Origin: a virus
Taxonomy: Duplodnaviria; Caudoviricetes
Length of the DNA stretch: 62,505 nt
Strand: one strand, 5' to 3'
IMG/VR virus record: IMGVR_UViG_3300032223_002350
Coordinates: 1 to 62,505 of that record
Of this stretch, positions 17,780-26,453 are shown piece by piece (the stretch's first letter is position 1; every line of letters begins with the position of its first letter). The notes beneath the pieces were generated by a model. It was given only the letters and a program-made list of their open reading frames with translations, had not been told where the DNA came from and searched no databases. Position numbers and translations under genes: made by a program.

Positions 17780-19020
17780 GCTACTTCTATTTTAATGTTA
17801 TCTTCTTTTACTCCCATAAGTAAGTGATGCTGATACACCGATTCTTTAGTTTCCGGTGGGTCTTGGATCACTATCATAAAGTTTAGATTTGGGTATTTCT
17901 CCCTTATAGCCTTGTCTAATTCTGTTATGTCTTTATTAAATCTAAACACTATAAACGTTATTTCGCTGCCGTTTTGTCCATCATTCATATACTTTCTGAA
18001 TGCATCAACACGTCTATTGTATCTGTCTTTTAAAAGCTTAAAGTTATTATCTATGTAGTGATTGATTCCTCCTGCCCAGTTTTGAGATATGTACAATCCT
18101 CCGTGTCCTGGTGATTCGTGGTTAAAGTAAAAATTATACTTGGTATTGTATATTAACTTTTCTCCTTTTACTGTTCCTCCTACGTTAAACGGTACTTCTT
18201 TAATCTCTAAGTAATCATCGTCCATGAAATACTTAAAATCGTCTTTGATACACTCAATTACACCGGGTAAATTTGATACCATCTCGTCAAATGGACATGT
18301 TTGGTATCCGTCTATCTTCTTTCCCCTTAACCCGTTAGTTACTCCGTATCCCGCAGGTCCGCAATTCCAACCCAATGAAATACCTATCTTATCCACGCTT
18401 ACGTTAGTCTGAATGTTATCGTAAAAACCGTTTTGTTTCTCTTGCTTTTCTATGGTCTTCGGGTGGTATATGAATAGCTGTTCCGGAAACCTGGATATCG
18501 TTGCGTGTCCCACAAGTCTCTCGTGTACCTTGCCAACCCATTGTATCTTAGAACTGTTCTTGCATATTCGACTCTGTAGGTCTGGCCAGTTGATTCTACC
18601 GTGGTCGTCTACGTGCCAGCCCCACTTCATCGCGTGTTCTTTCGTTATGCCCTCTACTATGTTCCATCTCGGTATGTGATATAGGTCCACTTCAGGGTTC
18701 ATCTCCAGTATCACGGGTAGGTATTGTATAAAGGTTTCATCAACTAATTCGTCTGCGTCTAGGAATATAATGTAATCTTTTGTACAGTAATTTTTTACAT
18801 TATTCTTGAAAGTTGCAAAATCTTTGTTTAACGGAAATTCAACAGTCACCTTTACGTGCTTGGATTGTGATGCAACGTTTTTCACCTCTTCTGTGGCTGT
18901 GGTATCCATCTGTATGACTATCTCGTCTTCGGGTCTCACGTTTTCACCAAGGACAGAAAGAAGTCTCTCAAGCTCTTTGTGTTCGTTGCATGCCGTTATC
19001 GCGTAACTTATCGTTGCCAT
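17776..19020 (-). CDS. GT2 glycosyltransferase fused to a DUF1796-like (papain-like) domain
   Basis: ISYAITACNE, DADE, GKVHE; C-terminal ISLGWNC...PFD...FNHE. Confidence 0.75.
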   Translation of the reverse strand: MATISYAITACNEHKELERLLSVLGENVRPEDEIVIQMDTTATEEVKNVASQSKHVKVTVEFPLNKDFATFKNNVKNYCTKDYIIFLDADELVDETFIQYLPVILEMNPEVDLYHIPRWNIVEGITKEHAMKWGWHVDDHGRINWPDLQSRICKNSSKIQWVGKVHERLVGHATISRFPEQLFIYHPKTIEKQEKQNGFYDNIQTNVSVDKIGISLGWNCGPAGYGVTNGLRGKKIDGYQTCPFDEMVSNLPGVIECIKDDFKYFMDDDYLEIKEVPFNVGGTVKGEKLIYNTKYNFYFNHESPGHGGLYISQNWAGGINHYIDNNFKLLKDRYNRRVDAFRKYMNDGQNGSEITFIVFRFNKDITELDKAIREKYPNLNFMIVIQDPPETKESVYQHHLLMGVKEDNIKIEVA

Positions 19021-19406
19021 TATTCCTGTACGTTTTCTAGTTCAAAAAAACCAAGGCTGTCACAAGCATCGTAGAATCCATCTTGACCGTGATTCTGTAA
19101 ACTTTTAGGATCGCTCTTATGTGTCTGTCCTTTAAATCGAGGGTTCTTCATCTCCTTCTTTGTGAGAGGTACTGATTTGATACTCGCCCATTGCCAGTTG
19201 TCTTTTGACTTTCCATTGACGAATACCACGCCTTTCTCTGGTGTATTGATTACATTTGGATACCACACTCTCTTTTGCTCATCAATATACTTCAGGTCTT
19301 TGTAAAGTTCTGGTATATTCGACTCTGTAGGTCTGACCATTGTTATCTTTTCATGTATAAGATCTTTTATTAGATCATCATAAGATGTTATTATTTTTAT
19401 TTCCAT
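19020..19406 (-). CDS. chimeric partial duplicate of 21499-21960
   Basis: C-terminal ~94 aa nearly identical to 21499-21960; the Zn-ribbon N-terminus is replaced. Confidence 0.7.
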   Translation of the reverse strand: MEIKIITSYDDLIKDLIHEKITMVRPTESNIPELYKDLKYIDEQKRVWYPNVINTPEKGVVFVNGKSKDNWQWASIKSVPLTKKEMKNPRFKGQTHKSDPKSLQNHGQDGFYDACDSLGFFELENVQE

Positions 19407-19416
19407 TAACTTTTGT

Positions 19417-20358
19417 TTATATTTTATTTTCTATAGCGTATTTTATCCAATTATCTATGTAGTATTGTAGATTATTATCAACTAGTTTTCTTTGAACATG
19501 CCTCTCATTATCTTCTATTATAGATACATATTTTTTATAAATCTCTTTTAATTGTCCATCTCCCCCCGGATTATCTAAATTCCTTAAATTACCAACATCA
19601 TAAAACCAAATAATAATGTTCTCTAAAAGGTATTGTTGAACATCAATTCCATGGTTTTTCGCTATATTACATACATTCATAGCATACCAGTCCCAGGGAA
19701 GATAGCCATTCCACTCATCTAAAACAGGCACTAATTTTTCGTAAAATCCCTTGTTATATAATTCAATCCATCCAGAAAATTTAAAACCATTAATTGGTTT
19801 TAAAATGGGAGATTTTAAATTAGATGATATATGTAATATTTCGTGAATATCTGTATTAAGACAAGATTTATATGGTATTTTCGAAAATTTTTCATTTACT
19901 AAAATATCCCAACTTCCATCCCAACACTTAAATATTTGAGGAGATATTAGAAAATATTTATTAGTTACCTGTTTTGCTGATTCAATTAAATAATATAAAG
20001 TATATTCTGAAAAATAAACGTCTGGACATATAGGTATATAAAAATCTATATGATCCTCTCTTGTATTTTTCATTAAATTCATACCTCCGTATATTTCGTC
20101 TTTTGTGAAAATAGTTGGTTTATGAATAAAATTATCTTTTAAAAGGTTATCTATTATTTTATATTTGTCAATAAATAATTCTTTAGGTAGTTTTGAATTA
20201 TTCCAATCTATTAATTTGGGAGATAAATTTAAAACAGTATCTATGTATATTGTATCACTTTTATCTATATGATAAATAGATTGTTTTAATTTATCTAACA
20301 TTATATAAGCCTGATCAATCTCATATGGCATTATATGTGTTAATATTTTAATATTCAT
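19417..20358 (-). CDS. putative glycosyltransferase
   Basis: CPD (DxD-like), WDGSWD, YLPWD; glycosylation island context. Confidence 0.55.
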   Translation of the reverse strand: MNIKILTHIMPYEIDQAYIMLDKLKQSIYHIDKSDTIYIDTVLNLSPKLIDWNNSKLPKELFIDKYKIIDNLLKDNFIHKPTIFTKDEIYGGMNLMKNTREDHIDFYIPICPDVYFSEYTLYYLIESAKQVTNKYFLISPQIFKCWDGSWDILVNEKFSKIPYKSCLNTDIHEILHISSNLKSPILKPINGFKFSGWIELYNKGFYEKLVPVLDEWNGYLPWDWYAMNVCNIAKNHGIDVQQYLLENIIIWFYDVGNLRNLDNPGGDGQLKEIYKKYVSIIEDNERHVQRKLVDNNLQYYIDNWIKYAIENKI

Positions 20359-20981
20359 ATTATTTCGTATAATTTATTTTGTTTTTCTTGTTTTTCTATT
20401 GTCTTTGGGTGATATAATCTAAAATCATCTGGAAGCCTTGATACGGATTTAAATCCTTCTAGTCTTTCATGTACTTTTCCTTTCCAATATATCTCAGAAG
20501 TATTTTTCATGATACGTGACTGAAGATCTGGCCAATTAATTCTATTTTGACTATCTACATGCCAACCCCATTTTACTATATGCTCTTGTGTTAATCCCCG
20601 TACTGTATTCCATCTTGGCACATAATACAGATCAACTTCAGGATTCATCTCTAGTATGTAAGGTAAATTAATTAGGAAATTTTCATCAAGATATTCATCA
20701 GCATCTATAAAAATAATATAATCTTTTTTACAGACATTCTTTATATTATTCTTGAAAGTGGCAAAATCTTTTTGTAGTGGAAATTCTATAACTGTTCTAT
20801 TCTGTACTCCCCTTATAAATTCACCTGCAAGCAAGTCTCTAACCTCTTGTGTTGCGCTTGTATCTATCTGAATGATAATCTCATCATCAAGTCCTATATG
20901 TGTCTCTAATTGCGTAATTAAGCGCTTTAGTTCTTCATGTTCATTACATGCTGTGATGGCATACGATATTGTTGGGATCAT
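20355..20981 (-). CDS. GT2 glycosyltransferase
   Basis: ISYAITACNE, DADE, GKVHE; paralogue of the N-terminal half of 17776-19020. Confidence 0.85.
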   Translation of the reverse strand: MIPTISYAITACNEHEELKRLITQLETHIGLDDEIIIQIDTSATQEVRDLLAGEFIRGVQNRTVIEFPLQKDFATFKNNIKNVCKKDYIIFIDADEYLDENFLINLPYILEMNPEVDLYYVPRWNTVRGLTQEHIVKWGWHVDSQNRINWPDLQSRIMKNTSEIYWKGKVHERLEGFKSVSRLPDDFRLYHPKTIEKQEKQNKLYEII

Positions 20982-21502
20982 TATTTTTTTCTTTTTATAA
21001 AAAGTAAATTTTTCTTTTCATCCTCTTTCATTTCGTATTCAGATTTATTTAAAATAGAATTTAGTGCTATTCTATATAATCTATATCTAATTTCATCTGT
21101 AGGATCTAATGTTATATAGTCTATTCCAAAATGATCTTCATACGATTTCATTAGTGGAAGTATTTCTGTTATAAAAATCTTAAGATGAGTGTTGAATACT
21201 TTTTCATCTGTATACGGTGGTTTATCATATCTAGGTTTATTATCCTCTTCTACCCAAAAAAACTTTATAGTGATTTGCTTGTCTTTTACTCCTGGATTAT
21301 AGTTTACTTTTGTGTAGTGTTTTATATTATTCTTGTCTATAAATGACCATATCGATGAACCTTCTTTTTTGTAATCATATGTATTATCTATATCTATATT
21401 TTCTCCTATTAGAGTATAAGATTCTAATAGTATCTTTTCTAGTATATTAGATAATGTAAAACTAGATTCTGATTGAAGATTACTTAATTCTTGGGTTTTC
21501 AC
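20981..21502 (-). CDS. hypothetical protein with an LxE-type N-terminal leader
   Basis: 173-aa AT-rich ORF, LSNILEKILLESY. Confidence 0.65.
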   Translation of the reverse strand: MKTQELSNLQSESSFTLSNILEKILLESYTLIGENIDIDNTYDYKKEGSSIWSFIDKNNIKHYTKVNYNPGVKDKQITIKFFWVEEDNKPRYDKPPYTDEKVFNTHLKIFITEILPLMKSYEDHFGIDYITLDPTDEIRYRLYRIALNSILNKSEYEMKEDEKKNLLFIKRKK

Positions 21503-21960
21503 GCTTGTGTGTTTTCAAGTTCAAATAACCCCAGCTCATCACATGCATCAAAGAATCCATCTTGTCCATGATTCTGTAAGCTCTTTGGATCACTCTTATG
21601 TGTCTGTCCTTTGAAACGTGGATTCTTCATCTCCTTCTTTGTAAGTGGAATTGATTTTATACTTGCCCATTGCCAGTTGTCTTTTGACTTTCCATTGACA
21701 AATACTACACCTTTTCCTGGAGTATTGATCACATTTGGATACCATACTCTCTTTTGCTCATCAATATACTTCAGGTCTTTGTAAAGTTCTGGCATTGTCT
21801 CTTCAAATAATGCAAAATCAAAGTCTCCTTCTATCATCATATCATTTGCAAAGAATCCGCAATTGAAACAGTTATATGCCTTCTTAGTCTCATTTATGTC
21901 TTGTGTATAACATGACTCAGGAGCTTTACATTTTGGGCATGTTGTTAAATTATCTATCAT
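21499..21960 (-). CDS. Zn-ribbon phage protein
   Basis: CPKC...CFNCG. Confidence 0.75.
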   Translation of the reverse strand: MIDNLTTCPKCKAPESCYTQDINETKKAYNCFNCGFFANDMMIEGDFDFALFEETMPELYKDLKYIDEQKRVWYPNVINTPGKGVVFVNGKSKDNWQWASIKSIPLTKKEMKNPRFKGQTHKSDPKSLQNHGQDGFFDACDELGLFELENTQA

Positions 21961-21961
21961 T

Positions 21962-23263
21962 TTATTCTGCTTTTTTAAGTTGAGGTAGAGATATTTTCTT
22001 CAATGTTGGAAGCTTAAGAGTTACTGGTTTTGGTACTGCATCAAGATATGTGCCCAGCTTTGTCTTCATAGCATCGAAAGAGAAGTTTGTCTTTACAAAG
22101 TGCGATTGTCTTTTTGCATTATCTACATATTTACTGTAGTTCTCAAACATGTCTTTCATCTTATCGGCTGAGTACTTCATGTTTGCGCTGAACCACTTGG
22201 ATCCCTGTATCAGCATGTTCTGTAATTGGGCGGATGAGTGTATGTCTGTGAGTTCTCCTGGTACAAATACAGCATACTCTGGACTGCAGAAGTCCATGTG
22301 ACCTGACCATGCGGATACCAATGCAGGCTTCTTGCTCATGTAGTACTCTGCCAGTGGTCTTCCAAATCCTTCACCCTTTGTAAGATATAGCATCGCTTTG
22401 ACCTTAAAATGATTATAGAGATTATTCATATCAACATCATCTAAATCTCCATGAAGCAGATAAATATTTGGAAGATCCTTGGCCTTCACAGTCTTGCGTA
22501 TTGCGTCTATCTTTTCAAGAATTTCATCTCTGTCCATTATGCTATTAGTCCCCGCGGCAGTCTTGAGTATCAGCGCTGGTTTCTTACTCTGATCTTTGAA
22601 AGTCTCTAAAAATGTCTTTATTGTAAGTCCTAAATTCTTTCTGTCCTCTCCTATATCACCCCGCAGCCAATGTCCTACGAAAAGAAAACAGAAGCTCTCT
22701 GAAATATCATCTAGTGCTAATACGAGATCAGTCTCTGACATATCTTCATCATTAACATAATAGTATTTGGATAGATCAATTCCTTCAAAGAGCACATCAA
22801 TAGGGCGCTCTAATTTAATGGTCCTTGTTACCTGTCCAGTATTTTTGTCTTGTTCATTGAATACTGATTCTTGAAAGACCTTCTTTGCGTGCTCTGAAGA
22901 TACTAATGTAATATTCATTCTATTACATCCATCTATCCAACTTGGGTCACATACCGTGGTCTCAATGCCAGCTGTGACTCCGATATTGTACTTACCCACT
23001 GGTTGGAACTCATTCGGTACTGTGATTTGACACCAAAAATCAGGTTGTTGAGTAAGTTGCTGGATGATAAGAGGCTTGATCCATGAGTATTTAGGACTAT
23101 CTACTGAATTCCATGGAGTATTTCCCCATCTTTGTGGAATGATTTTAATATCCCATTCATCTTTCTTAAGTTCATATAACGCTTTCACAAAATCATAACT
23201 CCTATGACCATATCCAGAACTTGTCAATATTGGGCAGCTTATTACTGCTAGTGGTTTTATCAT
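21962..23263 (-). CDS. GT-B (GT4-like) glycosyltransferase
   Basis: SGYG, EDRKN, GEGFGRPLAE. Confidence 0.88.
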   Translation of the reverse strand: MIKPLAVISCPILTSSGYGHRSYDFVKALYELKKDEWDIKIIPQRWGNTPWNSVDSPKYSWIKPLIIQQLTQQPDFWCQITVPNEFQPVGKYNIGVTAGIETTVCDPSWIDGCNRMNITLVSSEHAKKVFQESVFNEQDKNTGQVTRTIKLERPIDVLFEGIDLSKYYYVNDEDMSETDLVLALDDISESFCFLFVGHWLRGDIGEDRKNLGLTIKTFLETFKDQSKKPALILKTAAGTNSIMDRDEILEKIDAIRKTVKAKDLPNIYLLHGDLDDVDMNNLYNHFKVKAMLYLTKGEGFGRPLAEYYMSKKPALVSAWSGHMDFCSPEYAVFVPGELTDIHSSAQLQNMLIQGSKWFSANMKYSADKMKDMFENYSKYVDNAKRQSHFVKTNFSFDAMKTKLGTYLDAVPKPVTLKLPTLKKISLPQLKKAE

Positions 23264-23272
23264 AATTTTAAA

Positions 23273-24715
23273 TTAATAAACAAGGGGATGTTGAATTTTT
23301 TTACGTGGTAATTCTGTTATCTTGATTAGCTCGAATTTCTTACGTGGTTTAAATGTATCTATAGCGGTTTGAAGTGTGTCTGATACTCCGTCTGACATTG
23401 CTTGAGCTGACATCTTAGATTCTGATGATGTAACCCACTCTCTTCCTGCCATACCAGCCATCATTCTATCTTCTGAGTCCATTTCATAAACTTGCTGTAT
23501 TGCTTTGGCAACGTCTCTGAAATCACATCTATCATCGAATATATAGGGGGTTGGTATTGATCCTACTATGCTTAAATTACTTGGGAATACTGGCACTGCC
23601 CATTTTCCATGATCTTTAAAAGTACCATAGTGATTTGATGGAATTTCCTTGCTTGGAGTAAACCACTTGCCAGTCTTGTCTGTGAATCTCATCTGATCTT
23701 GCATGCCTCCTGTGACATTTGCTATGATCATTTTTCCACACATCATTGACTCTGTTAAGCTTAATCCCCAACCTTCATTAGAAGATATAAGAGCTGTTAC
23801 ATCTGCCAAGTTATAAAGAATATTCATTTGCTGCGGTGTATATCTGTCTTCTGCAAAATAGACTTTCTGGTATGAAGGATCACATAGAAGATCTACGACT
23901 TTCGGAAGATCTGTACCATGCTCATCTATCTTTTGCGTGTGTAAAAGCAGTGCGCATTTCTTTGCTTTTTCTTTGCCTATGCTATCAGTAAAGACATTCC
24001 AAGCTGCAATAAGATCTGATGTTGATTTACGTCTGATATTTCTTGCATTATATAAAACTACAAACTCTGGTTCAAAGCTGCCAAATATGCTCTTCTTCAT
24101 ATCCTTAAGAGCTTGATTTGCATCTGTCATAAACTCTGTTATTGGAAAGAATATTTTATGATCTATACCATGAGGAATGTAATTAATGATCTTGCCTACC
24201 GCCTTTTCTCCTAACACCAATTCAGTGATCAACTTTGTCTGCTTTGATATACACATAAACGCATCGCATGACTCGTAGTATGATCTATTATAAAGTGGAG
24301 CTGGGAAATCATCCCATATAGAGAGGTATGTAATAGGAACTTTCTTTCTGATCTCAGCTTCCATATCAAACAGCCAAACATAATATCTTGGATCTGTGAA
24401 AAGCATAATAGCATCTGGCTTCTCTATCTCAATGAGTTGACGTATAAGATCAGGGTTTCCATATCCATCTGCGGGGTATAGGATCACTGAAGCATCTGGG
24501 ATTTGAAGTAGATTATTTGTGTCTTGTGAAAGGTCTAATCTTCTACCTTTTTCCGGATGGCTTATACCACCTGCTAATTGTACCCAGTTGAATCTATGTG
24601 CTGAGTTTAAGACTATCTCTCTTGACATAGTAGCCACGCCCGAGTGCATTCTAAGATCATCTCCAAGGAATAGTATCTTCTTTCTTTTTGATTGCTCTAT
24701 GTAACCTTCTTTCAT
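23273..24715 (-). CDS. GT-B (GT4-like) glycosyltransferase
   Basis: RNIRRK, SSNEGWGLSLTESM, TGG. Confidence 0.88.
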   Translation of the reverse strand: MKEGYIEQSKRKKILFLGDDLRMHSGVATMSREIVLNSAHRFNWVQLAGGISHPEKGRRLDLSQDTNNLLQIPDASVILYPADGYGNPDLIRQLIEIEKPDAIMLFTDPRYYVWLFDMEAEIRKKVPITYLSIWDDFPAPLYNRSYYESCDAFMCISKQTKLITELVLGEKAVGKIINYIPHGIDHKIFFPITEFMTDANQALKDMKKSIFGSFEPEFVVLYNARNIRRKSTSDLIAAWNVFTDSIGKEKAKKCALLLHTQKIDEHGTDLPKVVDLLCDPSYQKVYFAEDRYTPQQMNILYNLADVTALISSNEGWGLSLTESMMCGKMIIANVTGGMQDQMRFTDKTGKWFTPSKEIPSNHYGTFKDHGKWAVPVFPSNLSIVGSIPTPYIFDDRCDFRDVAKAIQQVYEMDSEDRMMAGMAGREWVTSSESKMSAQAMSDGVSDTLQTAIDTFKPRKKFELIKITELPRKKIQHPLVY

Positions 24716-24721
24716 GCCTTA

Positions 24722-24949
24722 TTATAATTTTGTAATTTTAATTTGCTCTACGAATGCACTTCCAGTATAGTATGTATTGTATGTGCTGTGAATCTTATGT
24801 CTAAATTCTGAATCTGTGATATAAAGGAATAACGCTCTTTCTGTTAGGTCTTGCAAATACATTTTGTTGATCTTGGTTAACACTCTGAAGTCCTCATAAA
24901 TATCCTTTGGTACTTTGATCGAGGTAAGTATTCTTTCTTGTAATTTCAT
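24722..24949 (-). CDS. ribbon-helix-helix-like DNA-binding protein
   Basis: TSIKVPKDIYEDF...LQDLTERALFLY; late motif at 24960-24967. Confidence 0.55.
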   Translation of the reverse strand: MKLQERILTSIKVPKDIYEDFRVLTKINKMYLQDLTERALFLYITDSEFRHKIHSTYNTYYTGSAFVEQIKITKL

Positions 24950-24993
24950 GCTTTTATCTATAAATATACATAAAATGTTTACAAAATATATTT

Positions 24994-25899
24994 TTAAGAT
25001 ATTTTTTTATCGCAAAGCTCTTTATTATCTTTAAATGGACAGTATTTGCATCCATCGAGATTTTTAGGATATTGTTTGTCTATATGCTTGCCATCTAGAG
25101 TAAATGCATCTTTGACGAATGCTTTAAGATCTTCGACTGCCTGTTTCATTTTGATCTTGCCTTGTGTTGGTTTGAATATCTGAATCCTCTTTATTGGAAA
25201 TTCAGCATCTGCATATACCTTACGTCTAACAATAAAGAACTCAACATCTATCATATCAGGATCTATACCAAGTTTCTTTGAGTAAAAATGCTTATAGAAA
25301 AGTACTTGATTAATTTTAGTCTGATCTTTCTTATCTTTATCTTTCCAACCAGATGTACTAGTCTTAATATCATACACCTTGTACTTACCAGTAGTTTTAT
25401 TCTTCATGATTAAATCTATACTGCCTATGATCAGCACATTTGGAATCTCATCTACTACTGGTTCTGTTATCTGGATCTCAATACCTACTAATTCTTCATG
25501 CTTAAGACTAAAATGCTCAGATCTTTTTTTCTTGATATATTCTAATATTGCAGTACCATCTTCTATAAACTCCTTGAATATCTCAGGCTTTACAAAATGT
25601 TCTCCTTTATTTTGCTCTAGCGCTTCTTTGTAATTCTCAATCATGCGAGTCTTAAAGAAATCAACTAGATCTAATGAGTCAGCTGCTTTGCCTGAGACTG
25701 TATACATAACATTGATATAATGCTGTACTGCCTCATGTAAACTTGTACCAAAAAGTAAATTTATACTTTGTTCGAATTTCTTATGCTTCTTCACATATTG
25801 GAGATACCAAGAATATGCACAAGATTTATATAAGGAATATTGTGAATATGAAACTGCTTTCTGAAACGAGAAGTCTATCGGATAGTCTTGCTTAGGCAT
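24994..25899 (-). CDS. PD-(D/E)XK RecB/Cas4-like exonuclease
   Basis: SYSQ..LY..C, FGTSLHE, GSIDL, YDIKT, Q..FY, CKYCPF...C. Confidence 0.85.
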   Translation of the reverse strand: MPKQDYPIDFSFQKAVSYSQYSLYKSCAYSWYLQYVKKHKKFEQSINLLFGTSLHEAVQHYINVMYTVSGKAADSLDLVDFFKTRMIENYKEALEQNKGEHFVKPEIFKEFIEDGTAILEYIKKKRSEHFSLKHEELVGIEIQITEPVVDEIPNVLIIGSIDLIMKNKTTGKYKVYDIKTSTSGWKDKDKKDQTKINQVLFYKHFYSKKLGIDPDMIDVEFFIVRRKVYADAEFPIKRIQIFKPTQGKIKMKQAVEDLKAFVKDAFTLDGKHIDKQYPKNLDGCKYCPFKDNKELCDKKIS

Positions 25900-26143
25900 C
25901 TTGCTGAGTCTGTAATTCTTTAGGAAGAAAGTCTTGATTTACATGCCCACACTTAGCACAAACAAAGGTTGGAATTGGAATGATTGCATCTTGAGGTGTG
26001 CCTGTTATAAACTTTGATGCTTTTCGAATCATAATGCCCTCTGTGAAGATTTGACCTTGACAGTCATCACATGTAATTGCCGTTGTCTTGTCTAATGTAA
26101 CATTGAGTTGTGGAGCTGCTTGTCCACCTAATGGTTTTTGCAT
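25892..26143 (-). CDS. small Zn-ribbon protein
   Basis: CDDC...CAKCG. Confidence 0.7.
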   Translation of the reverse strand: MQKPLGGQAAPQLNVTLDKTTAITCDDCQGQIFTEGIMIRKASKFITGTPQDAIIPIPTFVCAKCGHVNQDFLPKELQTQQDA

Positions 26144-26195
26144 ATTATATCTTTTAAGAAAAGTAATTAAATTATTTGAAAGTATAAAGCTTATC

Positions 26196-26453
26196 TTATG
26201 AGTATTGCTTTATTTTATTGATTAGCATTGCTTTTGGCATTGCTCCTATAGTCTTGCCTACTTGCTGACCATCTTTAAGGAATATTAATGTTGGCACTGA
26301 TGTTACTCCATATGAAGATGCCATCATTATATTATCTTGGGCATCTATATAACTAATATTCGCGCCTGTCTCAGAAGCAGCTTGTTGTGCTACTGGTTTG
26401 AATGTTGCACATGGTGCACATGTTTTTGTCGAAAAATAAAGAATGCTTATCAT
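26196..26453 (-). CDS. trxA: thioredoxin
   Basis: CAPC active site, VTSVPTLIFLKDG. Confidence 0.85.
   Translation of the reverse strand: MISILYFSTKTCAPCATFKPVAQQAASETGANISYIDAQDNIMMASSYGVTSVPTLIFLKDGQQVGKTIGAMPKAMLINKIKQYS

Noticed and set aside
19032-21792. Duplicated segments as a DGR template/variable repeat pair
   Set aside because: Differences are mostly synonymous and not adenine-specific, and no reverse transcriptase is present in the window.
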